Assembly: GCA_044220955.1 (NCBI GenBank)
Contig: JBGAQA010000025.1
Location: 1 to 64,000, forward strand
Length of the DNA stretch: 64,000 nucleotides
Direction: 5' to 3'
From: Sandaracinaceae bacterium
GTDB taxonomy: Bacteria > Myxococcota_A > Polyangia > Polyangiales > Sandaracinaceae
This document shows, in pieces, positions 21,484 through 34,320 of this stretch. The number at the start of each line of letters is the position of its first letter. The stretch's first letter is position 1. The translations under genes and the position numbers were made by a program. The notes beneath the pieces are model-generated. The model worked only from the letters and a program-made list of their open reading frames with translations, made no database searches and was not told the origin of the DNA.

Positions 21484-21859
21484 GGACGACGGGCTCGTCC
21501 TCGACGCGGGCGCGTTCATCCAGTTCGAGCGCCGGGACCGGAGGACGGCGAAGCTGCTCCAGGAAGCGGTCCTCGCGCGCACACCGCTCGTCACATCGGC
21601 GGGGGTCGTGGCGCAGATCTGGCGGCGCGGCGACCGTGAGCAAGCCCCGGTCGCCGCGCTCCTCACGCGTGCGCGGATCGTACCCATCGACGGCACGAGC
21701 GCCAGAGTCGTGGGGCGGATGCTCGCGCGGAGCGGAACGTCGGATCCGATCGACGCTCACGTCGTGCTGCTCGCACTCGAGCGCGACTGGCCGGTCCTCA
21801 CGAGCGATCCCGACGACCTATTCGCGATCGACCCTACCCTCGCCGTCGAGCGAGTCTGA
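21473..21859 (+). CDS. PIN-domain toxin (VapC-like)
   Basis: LVLDAGA, VVAQIWR, DPIDAHVV, VLTSDPDD acidic PIN motifs. Confidence 0.88.
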   Translation: MRREDDGLVLDAGAFIQFERRDRRTAKLLQEAVLARTPLVTSAGVVAQIWRRGDREQAPVAALLTRARIVPIDGTSARVVGRMLARSGTSDPIDAHVVLLALERDWPVLTSDPDDLFAIDPTLAVERV

Positions 21860-22259
21860 GCACGGCGAGGGAGACGACGAGGACGAGAGCGGACGTGGGG
21901 GCGCGGCCGCCGACGCCCATCGAGCACATCCCCTGGCCGGGCGGGGCGCACTCGGATGCGTGGCGGCAGCGCTCGCCGCACTCCGAGTCGGAGGAGCACA
22001 GCGTCTCGAGCGGGCGGTCGTAGGTGGGGCGATGGGCGTCCTCGGGCACGTAGCCGAGGCTCACGGTCTCGGTCACGACGCAGCGGCCGACCTCGACGCA
22101 CTCGCGGCCGCCGCAGTCGGCGCTCGACACGCACGCCACGGGCTCGCACGCGCCGCCGTGGCCGTGCCGCACCCAGACCCAGCCGCTCGTGCACGTGTCC
22201 ATCTCGATCGCGTCCGCCGACACGACCCCCGCGCCGAGCGCGACGCACGCGCACGCCAT
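21834..22259 (-). CDS. Small Cys-rich exported protein with MYXO-CTERM-like tail
   Basis: Signal-like ...VVSADA; CxxxxDC repeats; C-terminal CS-linker, hydrophobic helix, RRR; start uncertain. Confidence 0.6.
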   Translation of the reverse strand: MACACVALGAGVVSADAIEMDTCTSGWVWVRHGHGGACEPVACVSSADCGGRECVEVGRCVVTETVSLGYVPEDAHRPTYDRPLETLCSSDSECGERCRHASECAPPGQGMCSMGVGGRAPTSALVLVVSLAVLRLARRRG

Positions 22260-22408
22260 CGCGATCCCCCAGCGCGGGCTGTCGGCTCGGCTTCGCCGGC
22301 AGATGACGGCCTCTCGCGAATTGCGTCGGCTCGCCTCTCCGGCCCCTCCCGTCCGCGGGCTGCGCCCGCTCCCGTCCGGAACCTCCGTGGCGAGCACTCC
22401 TGTCTTGC

Positions 22409-23176
22409 TCACAGCGTCCACCCGCCGTCGATGACCACGCACTCGCCCGTCATGTAGCTCGACGCGTCGCTCGCGAGGTAGAGCGCGAGGCCCGCGATGT
22501 CCTCGGGCTTGGCGAAGTGCTTCAGCGCCATCTTGTCGAGCACCATCTTGCTGATCTCGGGGCTCGTGGTGAGCGCGCTGGCGAACTTCGTCTCCACCAG
22601 GCCCGGGGCGATCGCGTTGAGGCGCACGTTCGCCGGGCCGAGCTCGGCGGCGAGCGTCTTGGTCATGGAGATCACGGCGGCCTTCGTCATCGCGTAGACG
22701 CCCTGGAGCGGCATCGCCATCTGCCCCGCGACGCTGGCGACGTTGACGATCGAGGCGGGCGCGTTGCGCCCGATGGCGTGCTGGGCGACGGCGCGCGCCG
22801 CGTAGAAGTAGCCCTTCACGTTCACCTCGAACGTCTTGTCCCAGGCCGGCTCCTCGATCGTCAGCATCGGGCCGAAGTGCGGGTTGGTCGCGGCGTTGTT
22901 CACGAGCACGTCGACCTTGCCGTAGGCGTCGATGGCCGCCTTCACGAGCCCCTCGACCTGCTCGCGGCTCCCCGTGTGGCACGCGTGCGAGCTCGCCTCT
23001 CCGCCGGCCGCGCGGATCTTGGCCTCGACCTCCTTGAGCCCGTCGAGCTTGCGCGACGCGAGCACGACCTTCGCGCCGGCAGCCGCGTACGCGGTGGCGA
23101 TCGCCTCGCCGATGCCGCGGCTCGCGCCGGTCACGATGGCGACCTTGTTCTCCAGGTGAATGAGCGGCTTCTGCAT
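22409..23176 (-). CDS. SDR family oxidoreductase
   Basis: TGASRGIG, NNAA, NVAS, YAMTK, NAIAPG. Confidence 0.93.
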   Translation of the reverse strand: MQKPLIHLENKVAIVTGASRGIGEAIATAYAAAGAKVVLASRKLDGLKEVEAKIRAAGGEASSHACHTGSREQVEGLVKAAIDAYGKVDVLVNNAATNPHFGPMLTIEEPAWDKTFEVNVKGYFYAARAVAQHAIGRNAPASIVNVASVAGQMAMPLQGVYAMTKAAVISMTKTLAAELGPANVRLNAIAPGLVETKFASALTTSPEISKMVLDKMALKHFAKPEDIAGLALYLASDASSYMTGECVVIDGGWTL

Positions 23177-23224
23177 AGGGTCGCGAGGATACCCGAGCGC
23201 CCCCGATCGCGTTACGCTCCGCCG

Positions 23225-23545
23225 ATGGTCTCGACGCAAGACGTGGGTTTCGGCACGCTCTGGGCGAAGCTGGTGGGCGACGGCGCGCGCTGGGAGCCCG
23301 GCGCCGACGACATCCCCGCCCTGGCCGTCGAGCCGGGCGACCCGCCGCGCATCGGCATGGGCCTGGTCAGCGTCTGGGTCGCGGGCGAGGGCCCCATCCT
23401 CGTCTGTCACCCCGGCAAGGGCCTGCACGCGATCAAGGATCTGCGCGCCCCCCAGCCCGCCGAAGAGGTCCGCAAGATCCTGCGCGCGTCCAAGGGCGTG
23501 GTGCTCCACGAGCACTCGAGCCCGCGCCGCGACTCGATGGGGTGA
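23225..23545 (+). CDS. Hypothetical protein (106 aa)
   Basis: GC3-biased codons, divergent from the SDR, TACGCT 6 nt upstream of ATG. Confidence 0.6.
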   Translation: MVSTQDVGFGTLWAKLVGDGARWEPGADDIPALAVEPGDPPRIGMGLVSVWVAGEGPILVCHPGKGLHAIKDLRAPQPAEEVRKILRASKGVVLHEHSSPRRDSMG

Positions 23546-23554
23546 GGCCGGCGC

Positions 23555-24052
23555 GTGCCGTACCGCACGCCGGAGCCGCGCGAGACGACACGAACGATCG
23601 TGGTCCAGCGCCCATTTCGCGGCGCTCGGGTGATCGGCGTGCTGGCCCTCGCGTTCTCACCAAGCATGTGGGTCTGGGTCGCCATCGGCGTCCCATCCTT
23701 CCGTCTCGTCGCGCTGCTGATGGTCCCCGTGACCGTCGCCGTCTGTGCCCTGTTTCTGGGACCGATGTTCGTCTGGGGCGAGGTCGAGCTCGTCGCGGAT
23801 CGCTCGTCGGGCGAGCTGCGACGGGTGAACCGCATGCACCCGATCTGGCCCGCCAGCGCTCGATTCGTTGCGACGACCGTCAGCGACGTGCGCGTCGAGC
23901 GCGTGTCGGACGAGGGCGGGCTGCACTGGATCGTCGGTCTCGACCCCGGAAATCTTCCGGACGCGGAGATCAGTCGTCACCGCACCGAGGAGGAAGCCGT
24001 CGCGGCACGCGAGCGAGCGCTCGTGCTCCTCGCGTGGCTACGCGGATCGTGA
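23555..24052 (+). CDS. Hypothetical membrane protein (two TM helices, N-terminal PYR motif)
   Basis: MPYRTP start, two hydrophobic segments, beta-rich C-terminus. Confidence 0.6.
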   Translation: MPYRTPEPRETTRTIVVQRPFRGARVIGVLALAFSPSMWVWVAIGVPSFRLVALLMVPVTVAVCALFLGPMFVWGEVELVADRSSGELRRVNRMHPIWPASARFVATTVSDVRVERVSDEGGLHWIVGLDPGNLPDAEISRHRTEEEAVAARERALVLLAWLRGS

Positions 24053-24054
24053 AC

Positions 24055-24247
24055 GGGGTCCGGGGTGGAGCCCCGGCTCTCGCGCGAATCGCGGAGCGAT
24101 CCACAGAGTGGAGGCGTCGCAGACGCCACGCCTCTCCAGAGCAGTCCGCGCAGAGCCGGAGCGCCGGAGGTATGCCGCATCGCCCGCGATGGAGGCGAGC
24201 CGTCGTTTGCTCGTCCGACCGCGGGCGAAGGGGCACTCCTCCGGCGC
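24055..24247. repeat. Multi-hairpin intergenic element between convergent genes (REP-like or terminator-like)
   Basis: GGGGTCCGGGGTGGAGCCCCGG; stems CCGGCTCT...AGAGCCGG, GAGGCGT...ACGCCTC, GCGCCGGAGG...CCTCCGGCGC with inner TCGCCCGCG...CGCGGGCGA. Confidence 0.7.
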
Positions 24248-24268
24248 GACCACGTGACGATCGATGGG

Positions 24269-25423
24269 TCAGCGAGCGTCGAGCTGCGTGCCCGTCGCGG
24301 GCAACAATGCCCGCACTCCCCGCGAGCCCGGCCCGTCCACGAAGTACGCGATCGCGCTCCGCCCGATCGCGAGCGTCCCCGCGCCCGCGATGGACGCCGA
24401 CACCAGCGTCCCCGCGCCCGGCACGAGCTTCAGGAGCTGCTGCGCGCTCCACCTCAGGCCGATCGCCGCCCCGCCCATCAGCCCGACCGAGCCCAGCCAC
24501 TCGAGCGCCGCGCGCCGGTCCCAGGGCTGCCCCGCGACGTACGCGATCCCCGTGACCATCAGCCCCTGCAGCGGCATCAAGAGGATCGCGTCGGAGAACG
24601 GGATCGGCGCCAGGCCGATGGTCACCGCGATCGTCGCCGCGCGGTTCGCGATGATGCGGCCGAGGTCGCGACGCCGCTCCTGGCCCACGGGCAGCGCGCG
24701 CACCGCCTCGACGTGCGTCGTCTCCGGCAGGCGCGCCCAGAGCTCTTCGGCGATCTCCTTGAGGTTCCACCGTGCGTCCGCCGGCGCCCTCGCCGCGCAC
24801 GGGATCGCGCGCGGCAGCGAGAGGCCGCTCTCGTCGAGCCGCTTCTTGAGCGACGCCGTGGCCACGTCGATCTGCGCGGCGGCTTCGTAGGGGGGCTTGG
24901 CGCCCTCGCCGACGAGGACGTCGGCCTTCGTGAGCACGGCCAGCTTGGCGGGCTTGAGGTTGCGCGCGTCGAGCAGCGTCGAGATCGCCCCGCTCGCAGC
25001 GACGAGCGCGTCCGCCTCCGCGGCCGCCACGCCCCGCGCGCCCGCGTCCGCGCCGGCGACGAAGAGCACGACGTCCGGCGCCGACTCGTCGACCGCGAGC
25101 GAGAGCGCGTCGAGCCGCGCCGCGCTCGGCGCGCCGCTCTCCACCTCCAGCCAGTCGAGGTGCCGCCCGAGGTGCTCGATCCGGACCCAGCGATCGGCGG
25201 GGGCCTCGATCTCGGTCCCCTCGCCGCCGAAGAGCCCGTTGACGAGCGCCGTGCGCCCAGCGCCCGACGCGCCGACCACGAGCAGCCGCGGCGCGCGCCG
25301 ATCGTAGAGGAGCCTGCGCAGCTGCTCGAGGTCCCGCTTGAGCGAGCCGACGTAGGGCAGTCGATCGATGACGCCGAAGAAGTCGTCCACCACCCCGCCG
25401 CCGGAGTCCCGCGTCTCGCTCAT
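24269..25423 (-). CDS. GTPase-like domain fused to DUF697/YcjF-type membrane domain
   Basis: GASGAGRTALVN (degenerate P-loop), TKAD (G4), APIPFSDAILLMPLQ, KLVPGAG. Confidence 0.8.
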   Translation of the reverse strand: MSETRDSGGGVVDDFFGVIDRLPYVGSLKRDLEQLRRLLYDRRAPRLLVVGASGAGRTALVNGLFGGEGTEIEAPADRWVRIEHLGRHLDWLEVESGAPSAARLDALSLAVDESAPDVVLFVAGADAGARGVAAAEADALVAASGAISTLLDARNLKPAKLAVLTKADVLVGEGAKPPYEAAAQIDVATASLKKRLDESGLSLPRAIPCAARAPADARWNLKEIAEELWARLPETTHVEAVRALPVGQERRRDLGRIIANRAATIAVTIGLAPIPFSDAILLMPLQGLMVTGIAYVAGQPWDRRAALEWLGSVGLMGGAAIGLRWSAQQLLKLVPGAGTLVSASIAGAGTLAIGRSAIAYFVDGPGSRGVRALLPATGTQLDAR

Positions 25424-25476
25424 GCGCGATCCATGCGCGTTCCCGCGCGTTTCGCAACCCGCAGCCGACGCCCCGG

Positions 25477-26487
25477 TCACCAGCGGACGAGCGTGCTGCC
25501 CCAGGCGATGCCGCCGCCGAGCGCGCAGAAGAGCACCGTCTGCCCGGCGCGGATCGAGCCGTCGCGTACCGCCTCGTCGAGCGCGATCGGGATCGACGCG
25601 CTCGAGGTGTTCCCGTAGCGCTCGAGGTTCAGGTAGAAGCGGCTCATCGGCACGCCGAGCCGGTCGGAGACGGCGGTCAGGATGCGCGAGTTCGCCTGGT
25701 GCGGGACGACCCAGTCCACCTCGCTCGCCGTCAGGCCCGCGCTCTCGACCGCGATCTGGCTCGCCGACACGAGGTTCTTCACCGCGGTCTTGAAGATCTC
25801 GCTGCCCTTCATGTGGACGAAGTGGCCCTTGGCCTCGAGCGTGCGCGTGCTCGCGGGCGCGACCGAGCCGCCCGCGGGGATCATCAGCGCGTCGGCGCCG
25901 CTCCCGTCGGCGAAGATGTGCGTGCCGAGGATGCCGCGGCCCGGCGCGATCGAGCGGCGCACGATCACCGCGCCCGCGCCGTCGCCGAAGAGCACGCACG
26001 TGCCGCGGTCCGTCCAGTCGATGACGCGAGAGAGCAGCTCCACGCCGACCACCAGGACGTTCTCGGCGAGCCCCGCACGCACGTGGAGGTCCGCGAGGCG
26101 CAGCGCGTAGCAGAAGCCGGCGCAGGCAGCCGCCAGGTCGAACGCGGCGCAGTCGGTCGTCGCCCCGATCTTCTGCTGCACGCGCACCGCGGTGGACGGC
26201 AGTGGCATGTCGCCCGTCACCGTGGCGACGATGATGAGATCGAGGTCGTTCGGGCTCAGCTCCGCCGCCGTGAGGGCGCGGCGGGCCGCCTCCGCGGCCA
26301 TGTCACTCGTCGACTCGCCCGGGGCGGCGATGCGTCGGCTCCGGATGCCGGTCCGCTCCACGATCCAGGCGTCGCTCGTGTCGACGGTCTTCTCGAGCTC
26401 GGCGTTCGTCAGCTCCCGAGCCGGCGCGTAGCTGCCGGTTCCAGCGATACGCGAACAGACCGGGAGAGCAGACCGAAGCCGAGCCAC
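25477..26487 (-). CDS. fabH: 3-oxoacyl-ACP synthase III
   Basis: AACAGF (Cys), LFGDGAGA, PHQAN (His), YGNTSSAS (Asn); SD AAGGAG. Confidence 0.93.
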   Translation of the reverse strand: MARLRSALPVCSRIAGTGSYAPARELTNAELEKTVDTSDAWIVERTGIRSRRIAAPGESTSDMAAEAARRALTAAELSPNDLDLIIVATVTGDMPLPSTAVRVQQKIGATTDCAAFDLAAACAGFCYALRLADLHVRAGLAENVLVVGVELLSRVIDWTDRGTCVLFGDGAGAVIVRRSIAPGRGILGTHIFADGSGADALMIPAGGSVAPASTRTLEAKGHFVHMKGSEIFKTAVKNLVSASQIAVESAGLTASEVDWVVPHQANSRILTAVSDRLGVPMSRFYLNLERYGNTSSASIPIALDEAVRDGSIRAGQTVLFCALGGGIAWGSTLVRW

Positions 26488-26539
26488 GAGTGCTCCTTCG
26501 CACGCCCCTCCACCGAAGCCAAGCGAAAGTGTGGTCCGA

Positions 26540-26591
26540 GAGCAACAGAAGCGTGAGTCCGAGCAACACGGTGCGAAAAACTATTCACACC
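26540..26591. promoter_or_regulatory. Candidate operator upstream of fabH
   Basis: Palindrome GGTGCGAA-N6-TTCACACC (26570-26591) plus direct repeat GAGCAACA twice, in an AT-richer intergenic stretch. Confidence 0.45.
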
Positions 26592-26618
26592 TCCGAGCTC
26601 AGACCGGGCGAGCGCGGC

Positions 26619-28448
<1,830 letters not shown>

Positions 28449-28554
28449 GCGGACCAACAGGATGCCGAATGGGGGGGTTTCAGGTCGAGTCGATTTGCAC
28501 GGGCTCGGGCGTTCGATTCGATGCGACCGGTGCGGGGTGATATAGAGAGACGCG

Positions 28555-29730
28555 ATGATTCCGGCCGTGCCGATCACAGCCTTCTCGGCGGTGAACGCGA
28601 TGGGGCGCACGACGGCGGAGGTCTTGGCCGCCCTCGACGCCGGGCGCTCGGGCCTCGCGCCGCCGCGCTTCGAGGTGCCGATCGAGACCGTCGTCGGCGC
28701 GATCCCCGGCGAGCTGGAGGCGTTGCCGGCCGCCGTGCAGAGCTACGACACCCGGATCGCGCGGATCGGCTTCATGGCGCTGGCGGACGTCCGGGACGCG
28801 GTGGATCGGGCGCTGGCCCGCTGGGGCAAGCGGCGCGTGGCGATCCTGCTCGGCACCTCGACCGGCGGGCTCGACGCGACCGAGCTCGCGTACCGCACAT
28901 GGACCGGGTCCGGCACCCTGCCGGCGTCGTACCGCCTCGAGACGCGGCACGACTTCAACGCGCTCGGGACCGCCATCGCCAAGGTGACCGGCGCGGCAGG
29001 ACCCACCTACGTGATCAGCACGGCCTGTAGCTCGAGCGGGAAGGTGCACGCGTCGGCGATGCGCTTGATGCGCGCGGGCATCGTCGACGCGGCCCTGGTG
29101 GGCGGCGTCGACAGCCTCTGCCGGATGACGCTGCAGGGCTTTCGCGGGCTCGGCATCCTCGACGCCGCGCGCTGCCGGCCCTTCGATCGGAGCCGGGCCG
29201 GCATCAACATCGGCGAGGGCGGAGCGCTGATGCTCCTCGAGCGCGAGTCCGCCGACGCCGAGGTCGCGGTGCTCGGCGTCGGCGAGTCGTCCGACGCGTA
29301 CAACATGAGCTCGCCGGAGCCGAGCGGCCGCGGTGCCCGGGAGGCCATGGAGCGCGCCATGGAGCGCGCGCGGATCACGCGCGAGCAGATCGACCTCTTG
29401 ATCGCGCACGGGACGGCGACCCCACAGAACGACACGGCGGAGAGCGCCGCGATCGAGGCGGCGGTGGGCACGCAGGTGCCCGTGGTGTCGACCAAGGCGT
29501 TCACGGGGCACCAGCTCGGCGCCGCGGGCGCGACGAGCGCGGTCTTCGCGGCACACGCGATCCGCACGGGCCGCGCGCCCGCGAGCCTCGGCGCGAGCGA
29601 GGTCGACCCCGCGGTGCGCGTGAACGTGGTCCGGGAGGCGAGCGTGCGTCGCATCGACCGCGTGCTGGCCAACGCCTTCGCGTTCGGGGGCAGCAACGTG
29701 TGCCTGGCGATCGGCCGGAGGGGTACGTGA
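28555..29730 (+). CDS. Beta-ketoacyl-ACP synthase (KS, aryl-polyene/type II-like)
   Basis: STACSSS, GEGGA, HGTAT, KAFTGHQLGAAG, AFAFGGSN. Confidence 0.9.
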   Translation: MIPAVPITAFSAVNAMGRTTAEVLAALDAGRSGLAPPRFEVPIETVVGAIPGELEALPAAVQSYDTRIARIGFMALADVRDAVDRALARWGKRRVAILLGTSTGGLDATELAYRTWTGSGTLPASYRLETRHDFNALGTAIAKVTGAAGPTYVISTACSSSGKVHASAMRLMRAGIVDAALVGGVDSLCRMTLQGFRGLGILDAARCRPFDRSRAGINIGEGGALMLLERESADAEVAVLGVGESSDAYNMSSPEPSGRGAREAMERAMERARITREQIDLLIAHGTATPQNDTAESAAIEAAVGTQVPVVSTKAFTGHQLGAAGATSAVFAAHAIRTGRAPASLGASEVDPAVRVNVVREASVRRIDRVLANAFAFGGSNVCLAIGRRGT

Positions 29731-30530
29731 GGCCGGCGCACGTCACCGGGCTCTCGCTCTGGACCCCCGGCTACGGCTCGCTCGCCGCGTGGGCGCGCGG
29801 AGAAGAGGACGTCTCCTGCACCGACTGCAGTTGCGCGTGGGTACCTCCCCGGCTCTTGCGGGGCGCGAGCCGCTTCACGCGGATGCTGGGCGAGGCTGCC
29901 GAGCAGGCGACCCGCGACGCCGGCGGCGACCCCAGGACGATCGCGACGGTCTACGGCTCCGACTACGGCGAGATCGAGACGATGATCGTGCTGCTCGACA
30001 CGATCTTCCGCGGCGACGGACAGCTCTCGCCGATGCGCTTCAAGAACAGCGTGCACAACGCGGCGAGCGGCCTGTGCTCCATCGGGCAGGCCAACCAGTC
30101 GTTCTCGACCGCGCTCGCGGCAGGCACGCGCACCTTCGAAGCGTCGATGCTCGAAGCGCTCGCGCTGCTCGACGAGCGCGGCGGGTCGGTCGTCGTCTCG
30201 ATCGCGGACGACGTGCTGCCCGAGCCCCTGCTCTCGCTCGAGGGCTGGGAGGGGATGGCCGTCGGGATCGTCCTCGAGCGCGAGGCGCCGGCGGAGAAGG
30301 TGATCGCGACGCTCTCGGACCTCTCCGTCGACGAGACCGCCACGGCGCGGGCCACGCACTTCCGCGGGCGCCCGCTGAGCGAGCGCCGCGTACACACGAC
30401 GGCGGCCGCGGCGCTGCCGCTCTTCGACACCCTCGTCGATCGCCGCCCCGGCCGCGTGTCACTGGCCCCCGGGCACGCCGGCGCGCTCTCCGTCACTGCC
30501 TCGCCAGGCGCCCGGCGCGCGCTCGAGTGA
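29727..30530 (+). CDS. Beta-ketoacyl synthase chain-length factor-like protein
   Basis: GTGA overlap with the KS; TVYGSDYGE, LSPMRFKNSVHNAASG; no catalytic Cys motif. Confidence 0.85.
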   Translation: MRPAHVTGLSLWTPGYGSLAAWARGEEDVSCTDCSCAWVPPRLLRGASRFTRMLGEAAEQATRDAGGDPRTIATVYGSDYGEIETMIVLLDTIFRGDGQLSPMRFKNSVHNAASGLCSIGQANQSFSTALAAGTRTFEASMLEALALLDERGGSVVVSIADDVLPEPLLSLEGWEGMAVGIVLEREAPAEKVIATLSDLSVDETATARATHFRGRPLSERRVHTTAAAALPLFDTLVDRRPGRVSLAPGHAGALSVTASPGARRALE

Positions 30531-30617
30531 AGCGCTGGCCCGAGCTGCATCGACTCACCCTCCGGGCCGTCCTGCCCGCAGGCTGCGCCCTCCGGGTCCT
30601 CGCGCGAGCCACCCGTC

Positions 30618-30658
30618 GAATGAACGGCTATTCATTCTTCGGGCATTTGGATTAGGCT
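30618..30658 (+). promoter_or_regulatory. Promoter with palindromic operator (TetR-like) for the carboxylase operon
   Basis: GAATGAA-N6-TTCATTC (30618-30637); -10 TAGGCT (30653-30658) 7 nt before ATG. Confidence 0.6.
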
Positions 30659-30665
30659 GCGCGCC

Positions 30666-32276
<1,611 letters not shown>

Positions 32277-32285
32277 GGCGACGAA

Positions 32286-32327
32286 CTCCCTCGCCTCACG
32301 AGGTGGGGAGAGGGTTGGGGTGAGGGG
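32286..32327. repeat. BoxC-like purine/pyrimidine-skewed intergenic palindrome
   Basis: CTCCCTCGCCTCAC-GAG-GTGGGGAGAGGGTTGGGGTGAGGGG. Confidence 0.6.
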
Positions 32328-32328
32328 C

Positions 32329-34320
32329 ATGAAAGAGATCCGAAAGCTGCTCGTGGCCAACCGCGGCGAGATCGCCGTGCGGATCTTCCGCACCTGCGAG
32401 CGGATGGGCATCGCGACGGTCGCGGTGTTCTCCGACGCCGACGCGGGCGCGCTCTTCGTGCGGCGCGCGGACGAGGCCGTGCGGATCGGGCCCGCCCCCA
32501 GCCTCGAGTCGTACCTCGTCGTCGACAAGATCCTCGACGCGGCGAAGAAGACCGGCGCCGACGCGATCCACCCCGGCTTCGGATTCCTCTCGGAAAGACC
32601 CGAGTTCGTGCAGGCCGTGAACGACGCGGGGCTCACGTTCATCGGGCCCTCGCCGGCGGCGATGCGCGCCATGGGACTCAAGCGCGAGGCCAAGCTCACG
32701 GCGAAGGCCGCCGGTGTCCCGGTCGTGCCCGGCTACACCGGCACGGACCAGTCGACGGCGGCGATCGCCGGAGCTTGCGCGGAGATCGGCTACCCCTTGC
32801 TGCTCAAGGCCAGCGCGGGCGGCGGCGGGCGCGGCATGCGGATCGTGCGCGCCCGCGAGGAGCTCGACCTCGCGATCGAGAGCGCCCGGCGCGAGGCCGA
32901 GAGCGCGTTCGGCGACGGCACGCTCATCGTGGAGAAGTACGTCGAGCGGCCGAAGCACGTCGAGATCCAGATCCTCGGCGACACGCACGGCAACGTCGTC
33001 CACCTCTTCGAGCGCGAGTGCTCGATCCAGCGGCGCCACCAGAAGATCGTGGAGGAGGCGCCCTCCCCGCTGCTGACGCCCGAGGTGCGCGCGAGGATGG
33101 GCGCCGACGCGGTGAAGCTCGCCAAGAGCTTGAGCTATTCGAACGCGGGCACCGTGGAGCTCGTGGTGGCCCCGAGCGGGGAGTACTACTTCCTCGAGGT
33201 CAACACGCGCCTGCAGGTCGAGCACCCGGTGACCGAGGGCGTGATCGAGGGCCTCGACCTCGTCGAGGAGCAGATTCGCGTCGCGCGCGGCGAGAGGCTC
33301 CGCTTCACGCAGGACGACGTCGCCCGCCGCTGGCGGGGCGCCGCCGTCGAGTGCCGACTCTGCGCCGAAGATCCGCGCGAGGGCTACCTCCCGCAGAGCG
33401 GGCGCGTCGTCGACTTCTCGTTCGACCCGAAGATCGCCGGGCAGGACTGGCTGCGGATCGAGTCGGCGATCGAGAGCGGTGACGCAGTGCCCGTGCACTA
33501 CGACTCGATGATCGCCAAGATCATCACGCACGGCGCCACGCGGACCGACGCGATCCAGCGCATGCGGCGCGCGCTCGCGGCGCTGAGCGTGCACGGGATC
33601 CGCACGAACCAGGAGCTGCTCGAGGCGGTGGTGGTGCACCCCGACTTCGTGAGGGGCGACGTCGACACGCACTTCCTCGAGCGAGCTGCGGCCGATCTGC
33701 TCCCGGAGCGCCCCTCGCTGCTGGCGCGTGCAGCCATCGCAGCCGCGCTGCACGCGGACAGGACGCGAACGCCGGCCGTCACGCCCCACGTCCCGAGCGG
33801 CTGGCGCATCAACCGCTACGCGCCCGAGCGCTCGAGCTGGGCCGAGGGAGCGAAGAAGGTCGAGGTCGGGCTCGTTCGCGAGCGCGATGGATCGTTCGTC
33901 GTGACCGCCATGGGCGACGACATGCACCTCGATCGCGTGCGCGTCGTGAAGACGGGGACGAGCGAGATCGTCCTCGAGGGCTCCGACGGCCGCGTGACAC
34001 ACGCGCGCATCGTGCTCGACGGCGATCGCGTGTTCGTCCGCTTGGAAGGGCGCTCCCTCGCGCTCACCGCGCTCGCGCACTTCCCCGACCGGGACGCGGA
34101 CGCGGCGGTCGACGGCTGCGTCGCGCCCATGCCCGGCAAGATCCTCAAGGTGCTCGTCACCCCGGGCGCGGCCGTGAAGGCCGGCGAGACGCTCGTGGTC
34201 ATGGAGGCGATGAAGATGGAGCACGCCGTGAAGGCGCCACACGACGGGATCGCGAAAGACGTCCGCGCGACGGCCGGCACGCAGGTCGACGGCGGCGCGC
34301 TCCTCGTCGTCGTCGAGTGA
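32329..34320 (+). CDS. Acyl-CoA carboxylase alpha subunit (biotin carboxylase plus biotin carrier)
   Basis: LVANRGEIA, HPGFGFLSE, GGGGRGMR, ERECSIQRRHQK, NTRLQVEHPVTE, EAMKME. Confidence 0.95.
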   Translation: MKEIRKLLVANRGEIAVRIFRTCERMGIATVAVFSDADAGALFVRRADEAVRIGPAPSLESYLVVDKILDAAKKTGADAIHPGFGFLSERPEFVQAVNDAGLTFIGPSPAAMRAMGLKREAKLTAKAAGVPVVPGYTGTDQSTAAIAGACAEIGYPLLLKASAGGGGRGMRIVRAREELDLAIESARREAESAFGDGTLIVEKYVERPKHVEIQILGDTHGNVVHLFERECSIQRRHQKIVEEAPSPLLTPEVRARMGADAVKLAKSLSYSNAGTVELVVAPSGEYYFLEVNTRLQVEHPVTEGVIEGLDLVEEQIRVARGERLRFTQDDVARRWRGAAVECRLCAEDPREGYLPQSGRVVDFSFDPKIAGQDWLRIESAIESGDAVPVHYDSMIAKIITHGATRTDAIQRMRRALAALSVHGIRTNQELLEAVVVHPDFVRGDVDTHFLERAAADLLPERPSLLARAAIAAALHADRTRTPAVTPHVPSGWRINRYAPERSSWAEGAKKVEVGLVRERDGSFVVTAMGDDMHLDRVRVVKTGTSEIVLEGSDGRVTHARIVLDGDRVFVRLEGRSLALTALAHFPDRDADAAVDGCVAPMPGKILKVLVTPGAAVKAGETLVVMEAMKMEHAVKAPHDGIAKDVRATAGTQVDGGALLVVVE

